This document shows, piece by piece, positions 45,283 through 54,712 of a stretch of 64,000 nt of DNA. Within the stretch, counting starts at the first letter, position 1. The number at the start of each line of letters is the position of its first letter. Source of the DNA: an uncultured Gemmatimonadaceae bacterium (GTDB lineage: Bacteria; Gemmatimonadota; Gemmatimonadetes; Gemmatimonadales; Gemmatimonadaceae); contig OY970320.1 in assembly GCA_963716745.1 (NCBI GenBank), forward strand, positions 320,001-384,000. Reading direction: 5' to 3'. Both the position numbers and the translations under genes were made by a program. The notes beneath the pieces are model-generated. The model worked only from the letters and a program-made list of their open reading frames with translations. It did no database searches and was not told the origin of the DNA.

Positions 45283-46491
45283 ATTCACGCGACGCCGTGA
45301 TCGTTGACGCGGTGCGGACGCCGGTCGGCCGCCATGGCGGCGCGCTGGCCCGCGTGCGCGCCGACGATCTCGCGGCCGTCGCGATCGCCGGACTCGTGGA
45401 ACGCACGAAGCTCGATCTGAAGTCGATCGACGATGTGATCTTCGGTTGCGCGAACCAAGCTGGCGAGGACAACCGCAACGTCGCGCGCATGTCATCGCTG
45501 CTCGCGGGATTGCCCGTGGAGGTGCCGGGGCAGACGGTGAACCGCCTCTGCGGCTCCGGTCTGCAGGCGATCGCGAGCGCGTCGCACGCGATCCGCGCGG
45601 GTGAAGGCGACGTATTCATCGCCGGCGGCGTGGAGAGCATGTCGCGCGCGCCGTGGGCGACGCTCAAGCCCGACGAGGCGTTCACGCGGAACGCTCAAGA
45701 GTCCGCGGACACCACCGTCGGCTGGCGATTCGTGAATCCGAAGATGCCGGCGGAGTGGACGATCTCTTTGGGCCAGACCGCCGAGGAGGTCGCGAAGCGA
45801 TGTAAGGTATCGCGCGAAGACCAGGACAAGTTCGCGCTCGAGAGCCAGCAGCGGGCGGCGAGCGCGATCGCGGCCGGCAGATTCGCCGGCGAGATCGTGC
45901 CGGTGCGCGTGCCCGGCAAGAAGGGCGCGGACGACGGTCGTGGACAAGGATGAGCACCCCCGCCCCGAGACGACGCTCGCCTCGCTCGCGGCGATGAAGC
46001 CGGCGTTCGTCAAGACCGGCGGCACGGTGACGGCCGGTACATCGAGCGGCATCAACGATGGAGCGAGCGCGGTGCTCGTGATGTCGGCGGATGGCGCCAA
46101 GCGCGCGGGAAAGACCGCTATGGCGCGCATCGTCGCGACCGCGGTGGCGGGCGTCTCACCCGAGGTCATGGGGCTGGGCCCGATCCCCGCGATCCGGAAG
46201 GCGCTCGAACGAGCCGGGCTCGCGCTCAAGGACATCGACCTCATCGAACTCAACGAGGCGTTCGCGTCGCAGGCGCTCGCGTGCATGCGCGAGCTGGACA
46301 TGGACGCGGCACGCGTGAACGTGAACGGCGGCGCGATCGCGCTCGGTCATCCACTGGGCGCGTCGGGCGCCCGGATGATCACGGCGCTCGCGCACGAGAT
46401 GCGCCGCCGCAAGGTGCGCTACGGCCTCGCGTCAATGTGCATCGGCGTCGGGCAAGGGATCGCGATGATCATCGAGCGGGTGGACGCGTGA
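45279..46491 (+). CDS. Thiolase, 3-oxoadipyl-CoA thiolase (PaaJ/PcaF) type (frameshift near 45935)
   Basis: [45 protein letters not shown] and MCIGVGQG. Confidence 0.92.
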
Positions 46492-47283
46492 AGTACGAGA
46501 ACATTTTGCTCGCGCGCGAGGCGGGTGTGGGCACGCTCACGCTCAACCGGCCGGACAAGCTCAATGCGTTCGCGGGCGAGATGCGGCGCGAGCTCGGCGA
46601 CGCGCTCGAGGAACTCGAGGCGGACAAGACGGTGCGCGTGATCGTGATCACCGGCGCGGGGCGCGGATTCTGCGCCGGCGCCGATGTGGGTTACATGGCC
46701 GAGCTGATCGCGACGAAGGATATCGTGGCGATGGGTGCGCTCATCGAAGCGGGGCGCCGCGTGGTCGGGCATCATCCGGAAGTCCGCGAAGCCGGTGATC
46801 GCGTCGGTGAATGGCGTGGCCGCAGGCGGCGGCGCGAATCTCGCGCTCGCGTGCGACCTGCGCATTGCGAGCCGCGACGCCAAGCTCGGGCAGACCTTCA
46901 ATCGCATCGGCCTGCACCCCGACTGGGGCGGCACGTATTTCCTGCCCCGCCTCGTGGGGCCGGCCAAGGCGCTCGAACTCTTCTGGCTCGCCGACGTGAT
47001 CGACGCCGATGAGTGCCTGCGCCTGGGACTGTTCAATCGCGTGGTCGCGGCCGACGCGCTGGCCGCCGAGACCAGCACGCTCGCGCGCGCCCTCGCCGCC
47101 AAACCCGCGATGGCGATCGCGATGGCCAAACGCGCGGTGTACGAATCGCTCTCCAAGACATTGCCCGAAATGCTCGACTACGAACTTGACGCGCAGATCC
47201 GCTGCTTCCAGAGCGGCGACGCGCGCGAAGGGATCACGGCGTTCACCGAGAAACGCGCCCCGAAATTCTCCACCGCCACCTGA
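46488..47283 (+). CDS. Enoyl-CoA isomerase, PaaG-like (frameshift near 46765)
   Basis: [34 protein letters not shown] and [19 protein letters not shown] (single Asp, no catalytic Glu pair). Confidence 0.85.
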
Positions 47284-47294
47284 CGGAGCGGCAT

Positions 47295-48410
47295 ATGGCA
47301 CTCACGAAGATCACGAACTTCGACGACTGGATCGACCTGTTCAAAGTGTGGCAGGACGACATCGGCGTGGACGCGTCGGAGCTGAAGGACTACAAGTTCG
47401 ACGTGAAGCTCGCCGACCTCGACATCCCCGAGATCGAATTCGGCCACTACGCCGGCGGCACGAAGTGGAAGACGGTGATGCACATTCCCGACCAGCGCAT
47501 CCGCGATGCGCTGCAGACACTCATCATCTTCCAGGGCGACACGGAATTCGCGAGCGTGGAACAGCAGCGCGCGCTGCTCCAGAACGCGCCGAGCGACTAC
47601 GACCTCATGTCCATCTACCGCGTGATGGCGGAAGAGATGCGGCACGGCTGGCAGATGTCGTATCTGCTCGTCACGCATTTCGGCGACGAGGGGAAGCGCG
47701 AAGCCGAGAAGCTGCTTTCGCGCCGCGCCGACGAGCACGAGCGGCTCCTCGGCTCGTTCAACGAAGCGGTGGAGAACTGGCTCGATTTCTTTGCCTACAC
47801 GGAGTTCATCGACCGCGACGGGAAGTACCAGCTGCAGATGATGTCCACGTCGGCCTTCGCGCCGCTCGCGCGCTCAATGAAGCCGATGCTCAAGGAGGAA
47901 TCGTTCCACCTCGGCACCGGGAACAATGGCTTGCTGCGGATCATCAAAGCGGGCAAGATCCCCACACCCGTGATGCAGCGCTATTTCAACAAGTGGGTAT
48001 CCACGGCGTTCGATCTCTTCGGCACCGACCGCTCGAGCTCGGCGCAGTGGGCGTACACGTGGGGCTTGAAGGGCCGTTTCGACGAGCGCACGAATCCGCA
48101 GCCGGCCGACGCCGCGCGGCTCAACGAAGCGGCGCGCGAGCTCTACCGGCAGGAAGTCCAGGGCTTGATCGACCGGTTGAATACCTACGTCGGAGAGGAC
48201 GAGCAGAAGCTCATGATCCCGAACGTGAAGTTCAACCGGCGCATCGGCGAGTACAAGAAGATGCACTTCGACGTGCACGGCGAACCGATCTCGTCAGTGG
48301 GATACGAGGCCTACGTGGCGTCGGTGCTGCCCACCGCCGAGGATCGCGAATTGCTGCGCAACATCTTCAAGGAAAACGACTGGATCCAGCCCAAGAAGAG
48401 TGACGACTAG
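47295..48410 (+). CDS. Ferritin-like di-iron acyl-CoA epoxidase, BoxB-like (371 aa)
   Basis: QGDTEFASVEQQR, APSDYD, EEMRH, FIDRDGKYQL and FAPLARSMKPMLKEESFH; candidate ligands E84, E114, H117, D173, E202 and H205. Confidence 0.85.
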   Translation: MALTKITNFDDWIDLFKVWQDDIGVDASELKDYKFDVKLADLDIPEIEFGHYAGGTKWKTVMHIPDQRIRDALQTLIIFQGDTEFASVEQQRALLQNAPSDYDLMSIYRVMAEEMRHGWQMSYLLVTHFGDEGKREAEKLLSRRADEHERLLGSFNEAVENWLDFFAYTEFIDRDGKYQLQMMSTSAFAPLARSMKPMLKEESFHLGTGNNGLLRIIKAGKIPTPVMQRYFNKWVSTAFDLFGTDRSSSAQWAYTWGLKGRFDERTNPQPADAARLNEAARELYRQEVQGLIDRLNTYVGEDEQKLMIPNVKFNRRIGEYKKMHFDVHGEPISSVGYEAYVASVLPTAEDRELLRNIFKENDWIQPKKSDD

Positions 48411-49113
48411 CTTCGAGCGCCCACGGCTCATCGCACATCGCGGGATCGCCCGCGAGCGGCCGGAGAACACCCTGCCGGCGTTCTTGCGCGCGCTCGAACT
48501 CGGCGCCGACGGGATCGAGCTCGATGTGCATTGCACCAAGGATCAGGTGGTCGTAGTGCACCACGATGACGTCCCCAGGGCGAAGTCGCCGAACCGCGCA
48601 CTCGCGGGGAAGCGCATCGACGCGCTCACATTCGATGAACTCGAGGGCTTCTCCGTAGAGGGCCAAGCGCTCATCCCGACGCTCGCCGAGGTACTTGGCG
48701 CGCTGCGCGGCCGTCTCGACGTGTTCGTGGAACTCAAGGCCGCCGGCATCGAAGGACCGGTGCTCGACGTGATCCACGACTCGCCCGCCCCGGCACGCTG
48801 CGCGGTGCACAGCTTCGACCATGAAGCGATCCGCCGCTGCCGGTCGGTGGCGCCGACCGTGCGCGGCGGCATCTTGTTCGACAAGCCGCCGGGCGATGTC
48901 GTGGCGGCAATGCGTCACGCCAATGCGCGCAATGTATGGCCGCGCGAGGATCTCATCAATGCCGCGCTGGTGGGCGCGGTGCACGGCGCCGGCGGGCGCG
49001 TGCTCGCGTGGACCGTGAACAAGCCGGAGCGCGCGCGAACGCTCGCGGAGCTGGGCGTGGACGCGCTGTGCACCGACACGCTCGTGGAGCTGCGGCAGGC
49101 GCTGGGCGAATGA
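48400..49113 (+). CDS. Glycerophosphodiester phosphodiesterase family protein
   Basis: IAHRG, PENTLPAF, GIELDV, HD, ELK, WTVN and TD. Confidence 0.9.
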   Translation: MTTSFERPRLIAHRGIARERPENTLPAFLRALELGADGIELDVHCTKDQVVVVHHDDVPRAKSPNRALAGKRIDALTFDELEGFSVEGQALIPTLAEVLGALRGRLDVFVELKAAGIEGPVLDVIHDSPAPARCAVHSFDHEAIRRCRSVAPTVRGGILFDKPPGDVVAAMRHANARNVWPREDLINAALVGAVHGAGGRVLAWTVNKPERARTLAELGVDALCTDTLVELRQALGE

Positions 49114-49973
49114 CGGAACCAAGGCGCGTCGCGGTGATCGGCGCCGGAACAATGGGACACGGCATCGCGTACGTTGCGGCGCTCAGCGGGTACCGCGTGC
49201 GGCTCACCGACGCGGACCCGGCGCAGATCGTGCGCGGCATGGATGCGATCGCGGCGGCGTTCGAGAAGGCGATCGGACGCGGGAAGGTGACCGCCGAGCA
49301 GCGCGATGCCGCGATCGCAAATCTCACTGCAGTGACGAGCGTCCCGGATGCCGTTCGCGATGCCGTTCTCGTGATCGAGGCGATCCCCGAACGGATCGAG
49401 CTCAAGCAAGCGCTCTTCGGACAGATCGAGCCGCTGGTCTCGGACGGAACGCTGCTGGCCAGCAATACGAGTTCGCTGTCGATCGATGAGATCGGCGAGG
49501 GGCTCCAGCATCGCGAGCGCGTGATCGGGCTGCACTTCTTCAATCCCGTGCCGGTGATGCAACTGCTCGAGATCGTGCGCGGCCCACAGACGAGCAGTGC
49601 GGCGGTCCTCTTCGCGTCTCTATTCGCCGCGCGCATCGGCAAGTCGCCGATCGTCGTGCGCGACACACCAGGATTCGCGACGAGCCGCCTCGGCGTCGTG
49701 CTCGGCCTTGAGGCGATCCGGATGCTCGAGCAGGGCGTCGCGAGCGCGGAGGACATCGACCGGGCGATGGAGCTTGGCTACAACCATCCGCTCGGCCCGC
49801 TCCGTCTCACCGACCTCGTCGGACTCGATGTACGGCTCGCGATCGCCGATCATCTGCATGCGACGCTCGGGGGCGCGACCTACGCGGCCCCGGAACTGCT
49901 CCGCCAGAAAGTGCGCGAAGGAAAATTGGGAAAGAAATCGGGCGAAGGCTTCTACCGCTGGGAGAATGGATGA
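49110..49973 (+). CDS. 3-hydroxyacyl-CoA dehydrogenase (PaaH/Hbd type)
   Basis: VIGAGTMGHGIA, IEAIPE, ASNTSS, GLHFFNPVP and DLVGLDV. Confidence 0.93.
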   Translation: MTEPRRVAVIGAGTMGHGIAYVAALSGYRVRLTDADPAQIVRGMDAIAAAFEKAIGRGKVTAEQRDAAIANLTAVTSVPDAVRDAVLVIEAIPERIELKQALFGQIEPLVSDGTLLASNTSSLSIDEIGEGLQHRERVIGLHFFNPVPVMQLLEIVRGPQTSSAAVLFASLFAARIGKSPIVVRDTPGFATSRLGVVLGLEAIRMLEQGVASAEDIDRAMELGYNHPLGPLRLTDLVGLDVRLAIADHLHATLGGATYAAPELLRQKVREGKLGKKSGEGFYRWENG

Positions 49974-50752
49974 TGAGCGACGACGTCGTGCTCTACGAAG
50001 TGCGCGGCCGCGTGGCCGTGGTCACCGTGAACCGGCCGGACAAGCGCAACGCCCTCAGCCAAGCCGTGCGAAGCGGGATCATCGCCGCATTCGAGCGGGC
50101 GCGCGACGATCAGGCGGTACGCGCGATCGTCATGACCGGCGCAGGCGACAAGGCCTTCATCGCGGGCGCGGACATCGGCGAGTTCGAGGGCCGCTCGCCG
50201 GTGGACCAGTGGCGATCGATGTCGGCCGCGCCGGTGTTCGACGCCGCGGAGAAGCTCCCCAAGCCGATCATCGCCGCGATCAATGGATTCTGTCTGGGCG
50301 GCGGGATGGAGATGGCGCTCTCGTGTGACATCCGGATCGCGTCCAGCGCCGCGAAGTTCGGCCAGCCCGAAGTGAATCTCGGGATCATCCCCGGTGGCGG
50401 CGGCACGCAGCGGCTGCCGCGCGTGGCGGGCGTGGGCGCGGCGCTGCGGCTCATCCTCACGGGTGACATGATCGACGCGGCTGAGGCATTGCGGTTGGGC
50501 ATCATCTCGGAAGTGACGGAGCCGGCGCAGCTCATGCCTCGCGCGATGGCGATCGCGGAGACGATCGCATCGAAGAGTCCGGTGGCGGTGGCGGCGGCAA
50601 AAGAAGCGACGCGGGCGGCGTTGAGTCTGCCGCTGGAAGATGGGCTGAGGGCGGAGCGGGCGCTCTTTGCGATCTGCTTCTCGAGTGAGGATAAGGTGGA
50701 GGGCGTGAGGGCGTTCCTCGAAAAGCGGCCCGCTGAGTTCAAGGGGCGCTAG
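49970..50752 (+). CDS. Enoyl-CoA hydratase (PaaF/crotonase type)
   Basis: AFIAGADI, LGGGME and FGQPEVNLGIIPGGGGTQRL (both catalytic Glu present). Confidence 0.92.
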   Translation: MMSDDVVLYEVRGRVAVVTVNRPDKRNALSQAVRSGIIAAFERARDDQAVRAIVMTGAGDKAFIAGADIGEFEGRSPVDQWRSMSAAPVFDAAEKLPKPIIAAINGFCLGGGMEMALSCDIRIASSAAKFGQPEVNLGIIPGGGGTQRLPRVAGVGAALRLILTGDMIDAAEALRLGIISEVTEPAQLMPRAMAIAETIASKSPVAVAAAKEATRAALSLPLEDGLRAERALFAICFSSEDKVEGVRAFLEKRPAEFKGR

Positions 50753-50766
50753 TGGTACCGCTAAAG

Positions 50767-50865
50767 GCGGGACTGGTACCGCTGGCGGCGGGATTGGCGT
50801 TGGGGAACGGACCCGCGGAGGCTGAGCTCCAACGCCAATCCCGCCGTCAGCGGTGCCAGTCCCGC
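50767..50865. repeat. 37-bp-arm inverted repeat (REP/MITE-like hairpin)
   Basis: 50767-50803 vs 50829-50865 are 35/37 complementary. Confidence 0.8.
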
Positions 50866-50881
50866 ATTTCTGAGACGACGA

Positions 50882-51754
50882 ATGATTGACTCGTCACAAT
50901 ATCGGATTACCGACTTTCATATTCACGTCCAGCCCCTCCGTCAACTCAAGCCGGCGGTGATGGACGTGATGCGCCGCGGCAAGGAGCAGTATTTCGACTC
51001 CGTCATGGCGATGATGGACGATCCGAAGCTCCTGCTGCGCGTCATGGATGAACAGGGGATCCAGCGCGTCGGCATGGTGAATTATCCGAGCCCGAACATC
51101 ATGGGCTTCGATGACAGCACCAATGATTTTGCGGCGAAGTACGCCGCCGCGGACCCCAAGCGCCTGCTGCCGTATGGCGGCGTCGATCCGGTGACCACGC
51201 CCGATAAGAAGAAGGCGGCCGCGAAGGTCGAGGATCTCTTGAGCTTTGGCACGCGGGTGCTCAAGCTGCATCCGCCCCACCAGAATTTCGCGGCGAACGA
51301 TTACACCCGCGGACTGGACTCGCTGGCCGCGATCTACCGGACGTGCGAGGCGCGTGGCTTGCCCGTGCTGATCCACACGGGCACGAGCATCTTCCCCGGC
51401 GCCCGCAGCAAGTACGGCAATCCAATGGAGCTGGACGACGTCGCGATCGACTTCCCCGCCTTGCAACTGATCATGGCCCATGGCGGACGGCCGCTCTACA
51501 TGGAAGAAGCGTTCTTCATCCTGCGCCGGCACCGGAACATGATGCTCGATCTGTCCGGCATCCCGCCGCGCGCGCTGCTGGAATACTTCCCGCGCATTGC
51601 GGAGCTCGAGCGCCAATTACTCTGGGGCACGGATTGGCCCAGTCCCGGCGTGGAGAGCATGCGCAAGAACGTCGATCAGTTCCTCGCGCTTCCCTTGGCC
51701 GACAGCGTGAAGCGCGCCGCGCTCGAGACGAATCCCGAGCGCTTGCTCCCCTAG
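50882..51754 (+). CDS. Amidohydrolase_2 family metal-dependent hydrolase/decarboxylase
   Basis: DFHIH, KLHPPH, IHTG, AHGG and WGTDWP. Confidence 0.88.
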   Translation: MIDSSQYRITDFHIHVQPLRQLKPAVMDVMRRGKEQYFDSVMAMMDDPKLLLRVMDEQGIQRVGMVNYPSPNIMGFDDSTNDFAAKYAAADPKRLLPYGGVDPVTTPDKKKAAAKVEDLLSFGTRVLKLHPPHQNFAANDYTRGLDSLAAIYRTCEARGLPVLIHTGTSIFPGARSKYGNPMELDDVAIDFPALQLIMAHGGRPLYMEEAFFILRRHRNMMLDLSGIPPRALLEYFPRIAELERQLLWGTDWPSPGVESMRKNVDQFLALPLADSVKRAALETNPERLLP

Positions 51755-51886
51755 ACGATAGCGCCGCAACGCTCGCGCACCCTCGTGCGTAGCGCGCGCG
51801 GCGACCGTTGCGTACTAGCGACGCGCGGTGCCCGCCCGTAATTTCGCTGTCTCCCAGGGGTTCTCTTTCAGGAGGTAGGTAAAGCG

Positions 51887-53316
51887 ATGCGCCAGTTCGC
51901 CGTCGCGCTCGCACTCGTGTTCGCCGGCACGGTCTCGGCACAGCAACCCGCCAAGTCGTCCGGTGCGAGTGACAGCGCCAAGAAGACCCCGCCAGGCAAG
52001 GGAGCCGTCGCGCTTCCCCTGGCGGACCCATTCCCAAGTACGTACAAGCCGTTCCCGTCGAAGACGACGCTCATCAAGAACGCGACCATCCTCACGGCCG
52101 CGGGCCCGCGGATCGTCGGCGGCTCGGTGCTGCTGCAGGGCGGCAAGATCGTGGCCGTCGGTACGAACGTGGCGGCGCCCGCCGATGCGGTGGTGATCGA
52201 CGGCACCGGCAAGTTCGTCACGCCTGGCCTGATCGACACGCACTCGCACCTGGGCGTGTACTCAGCGCCGGGCGTCGAGGCGAACAGCGACGGCAACGAA
52301 GCGGTTCGTCCGAACACGGCGTATGTGTGGGCCGAGCATTCGGTGTGGCCGCAGGATCCGCAGTTCCCGCGCTCGCTCGCTGGCGGCATCACGACGCTGC
52401 AAGTGCTCCCGGGTTCGGCGAACCTGTTCGGCGGCCGCAGCGTGGTGCTGAAGGTCGTTCCGTCGCGCCAGCGTGCAGGGGATGAAATTCCCCGGCGCCA
52501 AGTACGGCCTCAAGATGGCCTGCGGTGAGAATCCGAAGCGCGTGTACGGCAACCGCGGCGGACCGCAGACCCGCATGGGCAACGTCGCCGGCTACCGGCA
52601 GGCGTGGATCGATGCCGAGGCGTACCGCCGCTCGTGGGACAAGTACCTCGCGGATCCCAGCAAGGGCGATCCGCCGCGCCGCGATCTCGGCATGGAGACG
52701 CTCGCCGAAGTGCTGCGCGGGAACATCCTCGTCCACAATCACTGCTACCGCGCGGACGAGATGATGCAGATGATCGACATCGCGAACGAGTTCGGCTACA
52801 AGATCCGGTCGTTCCACCACGGCGTGGAAGCGTACAAGATCGCGAACGTGCTGGCGAAGGATTCGATCGCCGGCTCGCTCTGGGCCGATTGGGGCGGCTT
52901 CAAGATGGAGGCGCTCGACGGCATCGAGGCGAACCTCGCGCTGCTGGACCACGCGGGCGGCATCTCGATCACGCACTCCGACGACGCGTCGGGTGAGCAG
53001 CGCTTGAACCAGGAGACGGCGAAGGCCATCGCGGCGGGCCGCGCGATCGGGCTCGATGTCTCCGAGGACCAGGCGATCAAGTGGAACACGATCAATCCGG
53101 CGTGGGCGCTCGGCCTCGACAGCCAGATCGGCTCGATCGTTGTTGGTAAGAACGCCGACGTGGTGCTCTGGTCGGGCAATCCGTTCAGCGTGTACACGCA
53201 CGCCGAGATGGTGTGGATCGACGGCGCGATGCTCTATGACCGCGCGGACCCGCAAGATGAATTGGAAGACGGACTTCGAACTCGGCTTCGTGCATACCGC
53301 GGGAGGGAGCAACTAA
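51887..53316 (+). CDS. Secreted amidohydrolase (frameshifts at ~52470 and ~53255)
   Basis: Signal peptide, TPGLIDTHSHLG, LKMACGENPKRVYG, HNHCYR, FHHG and HSDD; C-terminus TDFELG...GGSN* in the 53056-53316 frame. Confidence 0.85.
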
Positions 53317-54599
53317 TGCGCCGCTCACACTTCGGGCTCATTGCCCTCGCCACTGTCCTGGCCGCGGTCACGCTGCCGGCACAGACGATCGCCATCACCG
53401 GCGGCACGGTCTATCCGGTGAGCGGTCCTGCGATCAAGAACGGAACGGTGGTCATCACGAACGGGAAGATCACCGCGGTGGGCGCGAACGTCGCGATCCC
53501 CGCGGGTGCTACGAAGATCGACGCCACCGGCAAGTGGGTGACGCCAGGCCTCGTGAATGCGACGACGGCGGTCGGTCTGTTCGATGTGGGTTTCGGCGCC
53601 GATGCGAACGAGTCGCACGCCGAAGGCGCGGACCACGTCTCGGCGAGTTTCCAGCCGTGGCTCGCGTACGATCCGGCGAATGTACTCATCGCGGACAATC
53701 GCGAGTACGGCATCACGACGGCCGGCATCTGGCCGCGCGGCAATCTCGTCGCGGGACAGGGCGCGTTCGTGGACCTCGGCAGCGGTACGCTCGCGAGCAT
53801 GCTGCTCAAGGGACCGGTGGGCATGTCGGCGACGTTCGAAGGCAGCCGCAATGCGGGGGTGGGCGCGGAAGCCGAGCTCATCGAGAAGCTGCGTGAGCTG
53901 CTCGACAACACCAAGACGTACATGGCGAACAAGCTGGCGTATAACGGCGCGAAGATGCTGCCGTTCGCCTTCCGCCGCGCGGACATGGAAGCCATGATCC
54001 CGGTGGTCACGGGGCGCATTCCGCTGGTGCTCGATGTCGACAAGGCATCGAACATCATTCAGGCGCTCAAGATCGGCAGCGACTACAAGATCAAGCTGGT
54101 GCTCGCCGGCGGTGGGGAAGGCTGGATGGTGGCCAAGGAGATCGCGGCCGCGAGAGTGCCGGTGATGGCCGGTGCAATGAACAATATTCCCTACAACTTC
54201 ACGATGCTCAATTCGCGGCAGGAGAACGCCGCGATCATGAAGAAGGCGGGCGTGACCGTCGTGCTCATCGGCAACGCCGGCGGCGGCGACGAGGACGCGT
54301 TCAACATCCGCAACATCCGCTATGAGGCGGGCAATGCGGTGGGTTATGGCATGTCGTGGGACGATGCGCTGGCGGCGATCACATGGGCGCCGGCGATGGT
54401 GTTCGGCGTGAGTGACAAGGTGGGCGCGCTCAAGCCGGGAATGGAGGGGAACGTCGTGGTGTGGAGCGGCGACCCGTTCGAGTTCGCGACGCGCGCGGAG
54501 CACGTGTACATCCGCGGCGTGGAGAACACGACTCCTTCGAGACAGGATCTGTTGACGCAGCGGTACAAGACGCTGCCGGCGGATTACTCTAAACCCTAG
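53316..54599 (+). CDS. Secreted amidohydrolase-fold protein lacking the HxH metal motif
   Basis: ATG overlaps the upstream TAA; signal peptide; IDATGKWVTPGLVNATT; ALAAITWAPA and VVWSGDPFE. Confidence 0.85.
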   Translation: MRRSHFGLIALATVLAAVTLPAQTIAITGGTVYPVSGPAIKNGTVVITNGKITAVGANVAIPAGATKIDATGKWVTPGLVNATTAVGLFDVGFGADANESHAEGADHVSASFQPWLAYDPANVLIADNREYGITTAGIWPRGNLVAGQGAFVDLGSGTLASMLLKGPVGMSATFEGSRNAGVGAEAELIEKLRELLDNTKTYMANKLAYNGAKMLPFAFRRADMEAMIPVVTGRIPLVLDVDKASNIIQALKIGSDYKIKLVLAGGGEGWMVAKEIAAARVPVMAGAMNNIPYNFTMLNSRQENAAIMKKAGVTVVLIGNAGGGDEDAFNIRNIRYEAGNAVGYGMSWDDALAAITWAPAMVFGVSDKVGALKPGMEGNVVVWSGDPFEFATRAEHVYIRGVENTTPSRQDLLTQRYKTLPADYSKP

Positions 54600-54626
54600 G
54601 GCTGGACTGCGGTAGCTGCAATGAAG

Positions 54627-54661
54627 ATGGGCGCGGAGGTCGTTCTCTCCGCGCCCATTTT
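54627..54661 (+). terminator. Rho-independent terminator
   Basis: ATGGGCGCGGAG-gtcgttct-CTCCGCGCCCAT-TTT. Confidence 0.7.
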
Positions 54662-54679
54662 GCATCTAGCTTGGTCGCG

Positions 54680-54700
54680 TTCGGGATTCGGGATTCGGGA
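54680..54700. repeat. Heptamer tandem repeat (TTCGGGA)3
   Basis: TTCGGGATTCGGGATTCGGGA just past the stop of a convergent gene. Confidence 0.7.
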
Positions 54701-54712
54701 CTCGCCGCGGGA

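Noticed and set aside
43806..45953. Apparent 715-aa ALDH-thiolase fusion ORF
   Set aside because: The middle of the ORF is out-of-frame nonsense. The ALDH has its own stop at 45282 overlapping the thiolase GTG at 45279, so this is a frameshift artefact.
47295..48410. Assignment as canonical phenylacetyl-CoA epoxidase PaaA or PaaC
   Set aside because: Motifs resemble BoxB more closely, and paaB, paaC, paaD, paaE and paaZ are absent from the cluster.
52473..54599. Apparent 708-aa double amidohydrolase fusion
   Set aside because: An internal signal peptide, a GGGAG RBS and the TAATG overlap at 53314-53318 show two genes joined by a frameshift near 53255.
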